A program made the translations under genes and the position numbers. Below, piece after piece: positions 42,109 through 53,900 of a stretch of 64,000 bases of DNA. Each line of letters begins with the position of its first letter. Within the stretch, counting starts at the first letter, position 1. The notes under the pieces were generated by a model that ran no database searches, was not told the origin of the DNA, and worked only from the letters and a program-made list of their open reading frames with translations. Origin of the DNA: an uncultured virus (IMG/VR IMGVR_UViG_2061766007_000483) (lineage: Duplodnaviria > Heunggongvirae > Uroviricota > Caudoviricetes); IMG/VR virus record IMGVR_UViG_2061766007_000483; one strand, given 5' to 3'.

Positions 42109-42200
42109 CTGATTTTTTTTGTCGGTTAGTAAAAACGTCTCCTGTTTTTGTTATATTTATTTATATGTTAACCGATTTTGTAGATTGTTGATAACTGAAA

Positions 42201-43568
42201 ATGAACGACACGCCAACCAAATTCAAACATCTTGCAGAGTTGCAGAAGTCCCTTGCGGACACATCATCAATCAATGAGAAAAAGGAAATCCTGAATGACT
42301 ACAAGAACCGTTCGGACGACAGTTTCAACATCAGGGTTTTCAACCTCATCGTTGACAATTCCATAAAGTTCTATGTGACATCAAAGAATGTTATGCAGAC
42401 CGTTATGGAGATTGAGGAAAGCACACTGCTGAAAGACTACTCTGTTCCGAGTGTTTGTGATGACGACATCCTGAATGTCTATGACACCCTCTCATCAAGG
42501 AAGGTCACGGGCAATGCCGCGCTCAATTTGTGCGCCGACACCTATCTGAAACTTGAACACATTGACCCTGACATCGCCAAAATCTTCCTGAACATCCTTG
42601 ACAAGGATTTCAGTTGCGGGGTGAACGCGAGCATATTGGGGAGCGTGTTCCCCCTGAAACGAAATTTCGGGGTCGCGCTCGCCAACAAGTATTTTGACCG
42701 AGCGGACAAGGTTGACTTCATAAATGAGTCTTGGTATGCGAGCAGGAAATGTGACGGACTGCGCTGCATCTGTATAAAGGAGAACGGGGTCGTGCGTTTT
42801 TGGTCACGTCAGGAAAAGGAGTTCTTCACACTCGGTGTCTTGAAGGACATTTTTGAGAAATGCGGTGAGGACAATTTCGTCCTTGACGGTGAATTGTGCC
42901 AAATTGACGGAAACGGGGATGAGGACTTCCAAAGCATTATGAAACTTGCACGAAGGAAAGACTACACTATTGAAAAACCGTTCTACCAACTGTTTGATAT
43001 GCTCACTGTGGATGAGTTCTTCGGACGTGAAAAATCCCCAGTGTTGAGCGAGCGGTTCACAAGACTCAAAAACTTCTATGAGAAAAACAAGGAACTCGTT
43101 AAGGACAACACCAAAGTCCTTTTGCAGACAATGGTGTCGGACAACAATATATTCAATTCCCTTTATGATGAGGCGAGAGAGAAAGGTTGGGAGGGTCTGA
43201 TGATTCGCAAGGACGTCCCCTATGAAGGAAAACGCACGAACGACCTGTTGAAGGTGAAGGACTTCCTTGACGATGAGTTCGTCGTCCTTGAATGTGAAAA
43301 CGCCGATATGCGTATGGTGGAGGGCGGTCGTCAGGTTGTAAGGAACGTCCTTGCCAATGTGGTGATTGACTACAAAGGAAATCGGGTCAGTGTCGGCAGC
43401 GGGTTCAGTAGGCAGCAGAGGATATACTATGCCGAACATCCAGAAGAACTTGTCGGACATACCATCACGGTGAAGTATTTTGAGGAGACAACCAACCAAA
43501 AGGGCGGTGCGAGTATGCGGTTTCCTACAGTCAAGTGCATTTATGACAGTGAGGGCAGAGTGATATGA
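42201..43568 (+). CDS. ATP-dependent DNA ligase
   Basis: KCDGLR (KxDG), LDGEL, LFDML, EGLMIR, KRTNDLLKVK, VGSGFS, MRFP. Confidence 0.95.
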   Translation: MNDTPTKFKHLAELQKSLADTSSINEKKEILNDYKNRSDDSFNIRVFNLIVDNSIKFYVTSKNVMQTVMEIEESTLLKDYSVPSVCDDDILNVYDTLSSRKVTGNAALNLCADTYLKLEHIDPDIAKIFLNILDKDFSCGVNASILGSVFPLKRNFGVALANKYFDRADKVDFINESWYASRKCDGLRCICIKENGVVRFWSRQEKEFFTLGVLKDIFEKCGEDNFVLDGELCQIDGNGDEDFQSIMKLARRKDYTIEKPFYQLFDMLTVDEFFGREKSPVLSERFTRLKNFYEKNKELVKDNTKVLLQTMVSDNNIFNSLYDEAREKGWEGLMIRKDVPYEGKRTNDLLKVKDFLDDEFVVLECENADMRMVEGGRQVVRNVLANVVIDYKGNRVSVGSGFSRQQRIYYAEHPEELVGHTITVKYFEETTNQKGGASMRFPTVKCIYDSEGRVI

Positions 43569-44056
43569 GAGAGAACCATAATTTGAGCGGAGACCTGAAA
43601 AGTCTGAAACTTGTGTCCTGTCTTTTGGTGAACAGCGGGTTCATCAGGATTGAGTACGGATTCAGAGGCGATGGATATGACATTCTTGCAATTTCGGAAA
43701 ATGACTGTGTGTACTTGTTCAATGTGAAACAGAGAAAATTCAGGAGTGACAAGTATGGAGACCTCACGTTGGATGAGAGTGATTTTAATTCCTTGCAATG
43801 GGCGAAGAAACGATATGCCGATGAGGGACATAATGTGAAGGCGGTCTATATCCAATTCTTCACTGACGATGTGATGTTCATATCAAACGATGATGGTTGG
43901 TGTGTGATTGAGCGGAACTGTCCGACCACAACGCAGTTCTCCAACAACACCTATATAGATAAACGGTTGAAACAGAAAATGCAGGACGCCGATGGTGTCA
44001 CAAGAATTGACACGAAAAATGTGTCGCTTGACAAGATGAAACTTATTTATTGCTGA
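43565..44056 (+). CDS. hypothetical protein, possible PD-(D/E)xK-like fold
   Basis: YDILA...FNVKQR resembles D..(E)xK with a substituted acid; coupled to ligase. Confidence 0.4.
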   Translation: MRENHNLSGDLKSLKLVSCLLVNSGFIRIEYGFRGDGYDILAISENDCVYLFNVKQRKFRSDKYGDLTLDESDFNSLQWAKKRYADEGHNVKAVYIQFFTDDVMFISNDDGWCVIERNCPTTTQFSNNTYIDKRLKQKMQDADGVTRIDTKNVSLDKMKLIYC

Positions 44057-44140
44057 CGGAATTATCCCTTTTAGTCTTGTAAAAGTTCAATAATCGCTTC
44101 ACAGTTAGTTCCGTATAAATATAACAAATATAAACCCGTT

Positions 44141-45064
44141 ATGAAAATTTACAAGATAGACGAACTGACACGAATACTTGAAAACAAGCAAGAACTCTAC
44201 AATGGGATGACCCTTGATGAGATTGCCGACAAATTTGAGAACTTCAAGGGCAGTGACAGAAGTCTGTTGCGTTCTGTCGTGAAACTGTTTCAGAAGATTG
44301 ACTATACGGAAGATTATCTTGATGTGCTGAACACACTTCTTGATGACAAGCGTGTGCGTACAATTATGCGTAAGGGTTTCGGCGGAATTTTCAGTGACAC
44401 GAAAATCCGTATTTCAAAGAAAACCACGAAAAGGACTGATTTTGTAATCCCGACACAGAACGAGATTGATATGAACAAGAGTCTGAAATGGGGTCTGATT
44501 AACTTCAAGGGGACGGTTGACAAGCAGATTCACAGAGTTCCCTCTATGCTGAAAGGCATTCCGATTGTCACATTCAATGGCAAATACATCATTGACGGGC
44601 ATCATCGTTGGTCACAGATTTATTGTTTCAACAAAGTTAGGGACGGCAAACCGACGGAGTTTGCCGCAATCAACTTCGTGAATGATGAGATGAGTCCGTT
44701 GGATATGCTGAAAGTTGTGCAGACAACAATCGGTTTGGATTTGCACCCGAAGAAGATTGAACCGCACATCGCAGACGAAAATCCAAAGAACAACCTGTTG
44801 AGCGACGCCTGTACGGAGGACGTCGTGATGAAGATGATTGAGGACAATATAACCGATGACACAATCAAGTATATGATTGAGTTTCACGAAGGCGACGGTG
44901 TGAAAGACAAGAACTCTGTGGCAGACTTCATCATCAGCAACTGTATGGATATGAAGAAAGATAACAACTGCATAAAGGACGCTCCTAACAGGGGTGCAAT
45001 GCCGCAGACAGATGATGATGACAAACTGCTCGGAAACCTGAAAAATACAACCGACCTCTCATAG
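44141..45064 (+). CDS. ParB/sulfiredoxin-like domain protein, late, KIDE-type N-terminus
   Basis: PTQNEI..PIV..YIIDGHHRW; MKIYKIDEL; TATAAATA at 44114. Confidence 0.7.
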   Translation: MKIYKIDELTRILENKQELYNGMTLDEIADKFENFKGSDRSLLRSVVKLFQKIDYTEDYLDVLNTLLDDKRVRTIMRKGFGGIFSDTKIRISKKTTKRTDFVIPTQNEIDMNKSLKWGLINFKGTVDKQIHRVPSMLKGIPIVTFNGKYIIDGHHRWSQIYCFNKVRDGKPTEFAAINFVNDEMSPLDMLKVVQTTIGLDLHPKKIEPHIADENPKNNLLSDACTEDVVMKMIEDNITDDTIKYMIEFHEGDGVKDKNSVADFIISNCMDMKKDNNCIKDAPNRGAMPQTDDDDKLLGNLKNTTDLS

Positions 45065-45111
45065 GTTTGGAATTGATTTGTATAAATAATTAAGAAAAAT
45101 ATATAACTGAT

Positions 45112-45468
45112 ATGGTACACATTAAAAGATTAAACGAAAATATGAGCAAGGAATACTCTATGTCCGTGCTTGAAAATTTATTGGACAATACCGACCTTTC
45201 CGTAAGAATCGTTGAGTGCGGCGGAAACACAAAGTACAAAAATGATGAGTTGATTGAATATGTCCGCGACTTCTTTGTTGAGGTGAAAGGAATGCAGGAG
45301 ACTTGCAACGGGTATAATGAACTGAAACTCGGTGACAGAAATATGACTTACAACATAACGGTCTATGATGAAAACGAGGAAGTTTATGGTTGGTTTGATT
45401 TCCAATTCATTTATTTCAATACCGACAGCGAGGAAACATTACAAAGATACCTTGACAATATTCAGTAA
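45112..45468 (+). CDS. late hypothetical protein
   Basis: MVHIKRLNE; TATAAATA at 45081. Confidence 0.6.
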   Translation: MVHIKRLNENMSKEYSMSVLENLLDNTDLSVRIVECGGNTKYKNDELIEYVRDFFVEVKGMQETCNGYNELKLGDRNMTYNITVYDENEEVYGWFDFQFIYFNTDSEETLQRYLDNIQ

Positions 45469-45597
45469 AAACCAATGGAACTGTTTGTAATAATGGTTCT
45501 TATATCATTCGCCGTCGGATTTATGGTCGGTGAAAACAGAAACAGAAAAAAGGATGTCTGATGACATCCTTTTTGTTTCGGAATTATTTATATATGT

Positions 45598-46392
45598 TTA
45601 TACACCATCAATCCACTCTGACAAAACCAAATCGCTCGCACACAACTTGACGGTATTGTCTTTCTTTCCTTTTTGGTAGAAAGGTTCGTTGCAGTGTGAA
45701 CAAAGGTCAGGCGATTCATAGAACAGTAGGTTTTCTATCGTTTCCAAGTCCTGTGTCTTTGTCACATCAACAAAGGTGCCTTCTTCCGTCAATTCATCAA
45801 CCTCATCCTTGAAATAGTTTTTGAGGAGGTGTAGGTTCGCGGAAAGTTGGCACATATAGAGTTTCCCGTATCTGTATTGCACGCACTTTCCGCGATTGCA
45901 TTGCAGGTTGTCAGGGTTCACGACCTGTTTTGAGAGGTGCTTTGAATTGAATTTCACTCTGTTGCCTCTCTCATCATCAAGAGACTTGATATAGAACCTC
46001 TCTATGTAACCGAGTATGTTCGCCGCCTCCTTCACGCGGTTCATATTGTAGTTGGTCATAATGAAATGCACGCCGCTCTTGTTTATGAAGTCACTGTTCT
46101 CTTTGATGAAGTCAAGGTTGATGCCGTTTGTGACCACCCACACGTTGTCAAACCAATTTGCAGCGACCTCTATGAGTTCTTTCAGGTTTTCGTGAAGCGT
46201 TGGTTCACCGCCCGTTATGTAGAATCGGTCTATATGTGGTCTCAAAAAATTGATGAGTTCCAAGTCCTTCCTGAAATCCTCCACACTGACACCCTTGTCA
46301 TCCTGCGGAGCGAGGGGCGCGTAATGACCGCAGGCGATGCAATTCTTGTTGCACCTGTCTATGATATGGTAGTTGATGTCAATTTTTTCCAT
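45598..46392 (-). CDS. radical SAM protein
   Basis: CNKNCIAC (CxxxCxxC), GGEPTLH, VTNG; C-terminal Cys cluster. Confidence 0.88.
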   Translation of the reverse strand: MEKIDINYHIIDRCNKNCIACGHYAPLAPQDDKGVSVEDFRKDLELINFLRPHIDRFYITGGEPTLHENLKELIEVAANWFDNVWVVTNGINLDFIKENSDFINKSGVHFIMTNYNMNRVKEAANILGYIERFYIKSLDDERGNRVKFNSKHLSKQVVNPDNLQCNRGKCVQYRYGKLYMCQLSANLHLLKNYFKDEVDELTEEGTFVDVTKTQDLETIENLLFYESPDLCSHCNEPFYQKGKKDNTVKLCASDLVLSEWIDGV

Positions 46393-46440
46393 AACCGATT
46401 TATGTTTATTTCACTTGAATACAGATACATCAATGATATA

Positions 46441-47403
46441 TCATATCTGCTGTCTCAATGTTTGCTGCATTTCATAGACGCAGGCGAGCAGACACACGCA
46501 GGGGTCAATACAGTTGAACTTTTGGAATTGGTACTTGGCGGCGATGACCGTCAGGTAGGGTATGTACTTGACCAAATCCTGACGTGTCGCTATAATGTAC
46601 TCAATGAACTCGCGTCCAAGTGAGTTGAGCGCCTCGTCAACCTTTGTCGCATAGTTCTCCATAAGTTTCTTGTAGTTGCCAACAGGGTCGTTGGTGTCAA
46701 GCACAAGGTTGAAGATGTCCGTGCATTCGGAATTGTATTTGGCGATGTCACCTTCCTCAATGTATGTTATGCCTTGCAGGATACAAGTCTGTATCTTGTT
46801 CACAATGCTGCGCATATCGGGGAAGTTGTTTTTGATGAGTGACGCGGCGGCGTCCTTTGAGATGCCGACACCCTCGTTGTCGCAAATATACTTGATTCGT
46901 AAAATGCAGTTTCGTTTCACTTCAAGGAGTTCGTCTCCGTCAAAGTCAAAACTGATGCACTCAAACCTTGACTGTATCGGTTCGGGAACCTTTGAGATGA
47001 AGTTGCAGGTCGCCACGAAACGGGTGTTGCAGGCAAACTCCTCAATGCAACCTCTCAACGCCTGATACGCTTGGGTTGACATTCCGTCCATCTCATCCAT
47101 AATGACGACCTTGTGTGTGTTCGTCCCGCCAATCAGGGATGAGGTCATACAGAACTGCGAGATTTTTTCACGAATGGTGTCAATGCCCGTCTCCTTTGAG
47201 CAGTTGATGTAGATATAACTGTGACCGAACTGCTTCACCATAAGTTTGGCGGTTGAGGTCTTTCCTGTGCCTTGTGTTCCATAAAGCAGCAGGTTTGTCT
47301 GTATGCCCCTTGACAACATATCCTTCAACCTTTTCGGCAGGGCGATTTCATCAAGCGACTTCGGTCTGTATTTTTCTGTAAGAAGTTCGTTAAGGTTTGC
47401 CAT
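46441..47403 (-). CDS. sliding-clamp loader subunit (T4 gp44 / RFC small subunit-like)
   Basis: EKYRPKSL, Walker A GTQGTGKT, Walker B IMDEMD, QALR, IQSRF, PDMR. Confidence 0.93.
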   Translation of the reverse strand: MANLNELLTEKYRPKSLDEIALPKRLKDMLSRGIQTNLLLYGTQGTGKTSTAKLMVKQFGHSYIYINCSKETGIDTIREKISQFCMTSSLIGGTNTHKVVIMDEMDGMSTQAYQALRGCIEEFACNTRFVATCNFISKVPEPIQSRFECISFDFDGDELLEVKRNCILRIKYICDNEGVGISKDAAASLIKNNFPDMRSIVNKIQTCILQGITYIEEGDIAKYNSECTDIFNLVLDTNDPVGNYKKLMENYATKVDEALNSLGREFIEYIIATRQDLVKYIPYLTVIAAKYQFQKFNCIDPCVCLLACVYEMQQTLRQQI

Positions 47404-47415
47404 AATGTTTTGCGT

Positions 47416-47826
47416 TTATTTTGTAAATTGTGTATTCAGTTTATGATATTTGGTGTCCAACGCACTCTCACCGAGCGTTATTGTTTGGGTGTTGAGCGGT
47501 TTGTTTGTCAGGTCGTATTCGGGTTCGGTCACCCCATATCTCACCTCCACAATCTCCCACCATACATTTCCTCTCACATAGTTCTCCCTGAATTTGTCAC
47601 CGACCCTGTATTTCGGTTCGGAGTGTTCATCGGTTTTTGTATGTTGCATTTTTTGTGTTTTGTTTTCGTGCTTTTTTTTGGTATGTGGTGTCTGAAAGTC
47701 AAGATATACCAACTTTCCCTTTGGTGCGCCCATCGGTTGCACGGACACAAGGTCAGCACCGATAGTCTGTGTGAACACTCTCTGTGCTGTTGTGAAAACC
47801 CCAGGTTCTTTGCGATGCCGTATCAC
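47416..47826 (-). CDS. small protein with N-terminal segment resembling T4-like major capsid protein
   Basis: QRVFTQTIGADLVSVQPMGAPKGKLVYLDF; GTG start. Confidence 0.55.
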   Translation of the reverse strand: MIRHRKEPGVFTTAQRVFTQTIGADLVSVQPMGAPKGKLVYLDFQTPHTKKKHENKTQKMQHTKTDEHSEPKYRVGDKFRENYVRGNVWWEIVEVRYGVTEPEYDLTNKPLNTQTITLGESALDTKYHKLNTQFTK

Positions 47827-47903
47827 GGAATTATTCTTTTAGTTTTGATATAACCTATTTAATATAACAAAAAACCGCAGGTTTTTTACACTGAAATTAA
47901 AAA

Positions 47904-50900
47904 TTAAGGGATAATATAGAAGAACGCATTCATCACACAGGTCACTTCACCTGTGCTTGTGTCAAACGTGGTGTTCAGAAAGTTGATGATATTGTTGTTG
48001 TCAAGCAGTTTGTACGGTACATTTGCTTTCAGTGTTTTGCTTTCCTTGCATTTGAAAAGTTTGCACGCCTCAATCCATTTCTCAAATGTGGAATATATGC
48101 TTTCACGGACATCAGAATTGAACTTGACCACGAATGTCTTGTGTATGCTGTAACCTATTATCGTGTCAATATACAGGAGAAACTCAAACGGTTCAAACCG
48201 CGTACCGTCCAACAGTATTCGGTTGTCAATAACTATCGGCGGGTTTCTTTTTACTATGTCGGTCTCGGTCAGTCTCATATAAGGCAATCCTCCTTGAAAA
48301 ATTCCGCCCATCGTATGCCAACCACCTTTGCCGCACTCGTGTAAAAGACCTTGTTCAGGTAGTCAACCACTTTTTGCGAATCCTTGTTCTTTTCAGGAAC
48401 ATCAATACTGAACTTTACTTTGTTGTATATTGGATTGAACACGCCGCATACTTCAATCCATTCGCACAGCACCGAACGCAAATCATAACTGATGTTCCTG
48501 TTGAACATTATTTGGAACACCTTATGGTTGTCTGCAACAAGTTCCGCACTTATGACGAGGACATAGGTGAATTTTTTGCAACAGTCCCCGTCAACCAATG
48601 TGTCGTTGTTAACCACAACCTGATTGTTGTTCCTCATTATGTCTATGTTGGCGTCGGTTAGTCGCATAATAGTTCGATTCGTTTCATTTCAATAACCCTC
48701 ACGTCATACACTTCGTACTCATACCACACCGACAGATTGCTGTAATGCCGAAGATATATTTCCACCTGTTTGAACAGTTGCATTTTGTTCTCGCTTGTGC
48801 CTGATTTCATAAATCCATCATAGTCGTTCAAGATTATGTCCATCAACATTGTCCGTATTGACCACCTTGACGAGAACTTAACCACCGCCTTGTACTTTGT
48901 TGATGTGCGCGGTTCACGGATGTAAATGTAAAGTTCGTTCAACACCTCTTTTGGATTCCCAATGTATTCGCCAACACTTACGTCGTTTATCGTGGTCAGG
49001 GTTTCCGCACACTCAAGCGGAACGATGTCTATGTTTGATTCGGTCAGTCTCATATCAAAAGTTTTTCTTATAGAAGCACGCCCACCTTATGTGATGCACC
49101 TTTCCATTCTTTATGTCAAACACATCGTTCAGATACGCGATGACCTCCTGTGAATCTTTGACAAACAAAGGCACATCAGCATTCGTCTTGTTGTTTGTGA
49201 ATATATTGCTCGCTTCAATCCACTTTTCCAACACCGAATACAGGACAGGACTGATGTCCTTGTTGAATATTATTGCAAACTCCTTGAAGTACTGATGACC
49301 GTAATTATTGGTGATTGTTGTGCTTATGTTGAGTGTATATTCATAGTATTCACAATCGCCGTCAAGCAGCGCACGGTTGTCCACTATAATTTGTTTTTTG
49401 TAGTTAAGTAATCCGCTTTGTGTCAGTCTCATCGTTTTTCAATTTCCCAAGATTTCAAAAAATCATCCACACACACCACAGAAGTCCTTGCAAGGTTGTC
49501 CCCGTTATGGAACTCAAACCCGATTTCATAAAGTCGGTCGCGCACACATTTTTCAAGTTCCCATATCTCATAGAGGATGCGTTTCCCGTTCGGGAGGTTC
49601 AGTATGAGCGTAGAGTCAACCCCGTAGATTACGCTTCCTTGTGCCGTGAAGTACCGCTCTACACTTTCCTGCAAGTTTATAAGTTGAGTCATCTTTTTGT
49701 CGCACTTCTCGTACTCAAACGCGATGAACGCATACCTCTGCAATTTGTTGCCGTCTGCATTCTGATTGCAGTAGATGTTGCATTCAAGTATGGTGTCTGG
49801 TATCACGCAGTTCTTGTCATAGTAGAGGTTCAGTTCGGTTCTCGCATACCAATCGTTGTTCCTTTTCCGAAGTTCGCGAACCGCCTCGTAAATTTTGTCG
49901 TTCCTCATTATGTCTATGTTGGCGTCGGTCAGTCTCATATCATATTCTTTTTGCTCCAAATTTCCTTGAACTCATCAATACCCTTCTGATAACTTTTTAT
50001 GACTTCAAATTCGCCCCTCTTGAAAAAGTTTGTGTTCTCACACAGGTATTCTGTCAGTTTTTCTTTCAGGTTCATTATGTCATCTATCGTGATGCCGAAC
50101 GTATAGAAGTATTGCACGCCGTACACAATCCCGTAGTTGTCGGTCAGCGCCTTTTCAAGATAGGAATGTGTGGACACCATTTCTTTCGTCTTTTCGGACA
50201 GGTTGTTTGAGTCAAACACGACAAACGCGATGTCGCTGAACGTGCGTGTTGTGTTATTCCCTATAAGGCACACCACAACCCCGTCCGCAGTCACGCAGTC
50301 CCTGTCATACACAATATGTGCGCGGACTCCCTGCAACATCTCATACTTGTTGTAACGGTCGCACAAGTTCTCAAAGAACTTGTCCTTCGGCGCGATTGTC
50401 TGTGATATTCTGCCCATCTCTAATACTCCTTCAATTTCTTTTCCCAATAGTCATTGAACTCATCAAGTGTGACGATGTGGGTTGCGACGAGATTTGACCA
50501 TACATCTTTGCTCATCTGCAATTTTTCTTGCAGGTATTTGGTGACAGACCTGATTGTCTCGTCTATTGAACTTCTTGCAGTGTCAACTGTTTTTAATGTA
50601 AGGTAGTTGATGAACTCCCCGATGTGGTGGACGCCGACCAAATCACTTTTGTTATGTACGACTTTGTATGTCTTGGTGTGACTTTCAAGAATATGGGACA
50701 TTTGAGATGACAATGAGTTTGAGTCAAACACAACCATAATATAGTAGTGCGAGGTACTGCTTTCAATGGACACTACGCACTGCATCACTTTGTCTGGCAC
50801 GACGCAGGTGTCATCATATACACGGGCAAAACGCGGGGTTGGGTTAAGGGTGTATCTTTTATTGAACACCTCCGACAATCTGTCCATTATGTCCTTTTCT

Positions 50901-53900
50901 TCCAAAAGTCTTTTGTTGTCAGTCAGTCTCATTTTTTTCAATAGATTATATAACACTTATTGTTCTCCACATCTTTCTTAAATTCTTCGTATGGGACCAC
51001 AATCGCAGTGTAGAGGTCAAGTTTTTCATAATTACAGGTGATTATGTTTCCTGTTATGTATTTGAGTATCTCGTTTCGTACGATTTCCACATACTTGTCC
51101 CAAATCCAATTCGTATTTTTCGCACCTGTCTGTGGTTCTTTGATTCCGAGCAGGTATTGGAGCGTCAGGTTTATTGTCTCTATGCTCTTGTCATACGCAT
51201 TGTCATCCGTTATAATCAGGAGAGCGTATTCGCGGAATTGTGAATTGGTGTCCACAAACGTAGTTTGTAAATGCTTGAACCTTATCGCTATCACCCAATC
51301 GCAATGGACGCAGTTTGCGTCATAATTCACAATGAGTTCAATGTCTTTGCGATGCAGTTTTTCAATTAGAGCGTCAATCTCACCGCGCACCGTTATGTTA
51401 CTTTCCGTCAGTTTCATTGTTCTGTTTCGCTTGTTTCGCCCATCCGCCCCATCTTTCAACAAATTTGTCATATTCACTCATCTCTATATACTGGAGTTCG
51501 TGTTCGGTCAGGTCAATTTCAGGTATGTGTTCGCCTATATAGGATGACATACAGTCAATTATTTCAATCGCTTCACTTTGGTAGTCATTGTGTTTTTCTC
51601 TTGACAGGTCAAGAAACTCTTTTCCGTGCTTCTTTTGCAGGAACATTGTGTTCTTATGTATGTGTGATATTTTTTCCGACATATCGGAGGTTGAAATCGG
51701 AATGAATACCGCCCACGACAACAGGTTCAGGAAGTTCGGTAGAGTTTTCTTCTTGTACCCGCACACAATCACCGCGTCAGGCAGTTCGCTCTCCCGTATG
51801 ATGGCGTGTTTCCAAAAATCACGGTTTTCCTCGTTCAGGTGACTGAACTGCTCGCTGATTTCTTGGAACACATCCTCCTTTTTCACTATGTTCGCTTTCG
51901 TAAGTTTCATCTTTATTTCTGTTTTAAGTTTCTGTCAATCCAACCGTCCCAAATTTTGACAAAATTGTCATAGTCGCACAATTCTGTGTGTTTCAGGTTT
52001 ATTCCGCTTATTGCTGTGCTGTGCAGTGTTTTCTTTATGTATGCGACCGCATTTTCAGTCAGGACAGAGATTTCCTCGCCGTCAAATTCTGCATAGTGGT
52101 CAAATTCTATGCTGTTGGTATTCCACTTGTCCTGCATCTTTTTTTGTTGGTCATATAATGCAAAAATGCCGTCTGACATATTCCCTACCTCAAATCCGAT
52201 GAACACAAGTGTTGTGGAATCACTTAAATAGGGTTTCTTATCATTGGTGCGAAACCAACACACAAGAACCTCATCTGGTATCAGGGTGCCGTTGTCCATA
52301 ATGAACTCGGTTTTTGCACCTTGCCCGACTCCTCTGTCTTGGAAGAATTTTTCAATCTTCCCGAATATCTCGTTTTTCGCTATGATGTTGGTGTCTGATA
52401 TTCTCATTTCGTCCAATTCTTTATTGCGTTCTTCCATTCAATCTCAAATGAGTCAATGTCGCTCACCCGCAGCATTGACACTATCATATCGTCTTTATGC
52501 AAATCAACGAACCTCTTGCGCAGGTAGTCGCGGATGCAGTCCCTGCACCAAACAAGTTTCTGTTCCTCACAGTTGCTGCAAGCGATGGCGGGCATTCCTG
52601 TCCGACGGTCATAGGTGACGGCGTTGCTATGGTGTTCCCGCTGAAAGTTCATAAGCAAATCGCACACCCCTCTCATATCATCACAGGCGTTATGCAATTC
52701 AATGGGGATGAATACAATGACGCTGTTCGTGCAGGGTGCGTCCTGCGCGACCATCGCGACCACGTTGTCCACGTTCACGCAACCCTCCTCATACAGGCAT
52801 ATCGGGGTGACGGTATCGAACCCCTGCACCTTGTCAATGAAGTCGCATATCTCATCAAAAATGGTTCGCATTTTTATTATGTTGCACTTGCTTATCTTCA
52901 TAGTTCATTGTATTATTGTCCTTGTCATTCCAATCATAAGGGAGGTGACTGCACCATACAGGGTTTCACACCCCGCCGTTTTCCAAAACTCATTCAACTC
53001 CTTTGAAAGATTGATGATTGTCGGTATCGGAAGTTGTGAGAACTTGTCTTTGGAAAGAACCTCATCAATAATGTCAAGGTGCGTGTTCAGTTGTGTTGAA
53101 GTCTTTCCGTGACGTGCGCACTTCTTCCATCCACTCACCCTGTGTGATGAGTAGTAGAGTACTATCCCGTTATACTCACTCTTGCACCCTTTCTGGGTGA
53201 ACGGAACGGAAGGGATGATTGTTAGTTTCACGTTTGATAATATCCCGTGTGAAACCCACCAATAGTTACATTTCGCGTTCAGTCCGACCCGTTCTCCAAA
53301 TTCAGTGTTGTCGCTTATTCTCATAGTTCAGTGAATTTTTTTCTTATTATATCAAGCATAAGGAATGGCACTCTATGGTACAGGTTATCAAAACCAGCAG
53401 TAAACCAAAACAACTTCAAGTCATTGCAGATGCCTTGAACTTCATTAGCGGGAAGTTTCAAGAAGTCGTTTTTGGAAAGAACCTCATCAATAATGTCAAG
53501 ATGCTTGTTGTTTTGTGTGTTTGCTTTTCCGTTAAACGTGTTTTGCTTCCATCCATTCACCCTGTGGGATGTGTACTGAAGTATTATACCCTTGTATTCG
53601 TCTTCACCTGTAAGGGTGAAGGGTGAAGATGGAAGAATTATCAGTTTGGTGTTTGGATGTGCGTATCCGACAAACCAATATTTGTAATCGTTGTTCAGTC
53701 CGACCCGTTCTCTAAATTCAGTGTTGTCGCTTATTCTCATACTTTTATCACCTCCCATTTTATGTCAGATATTAAGACCTTATCCCCGTCTATTGTCAGG
53801 GACGACTCATCAAGCGCACTCTTCAAAAACGGATAGTAACCAGACAGGACTTTGCAAAGAAGTCTCTCCGCCACCCTTATACGCGCCTTGTCGTTGGAAT

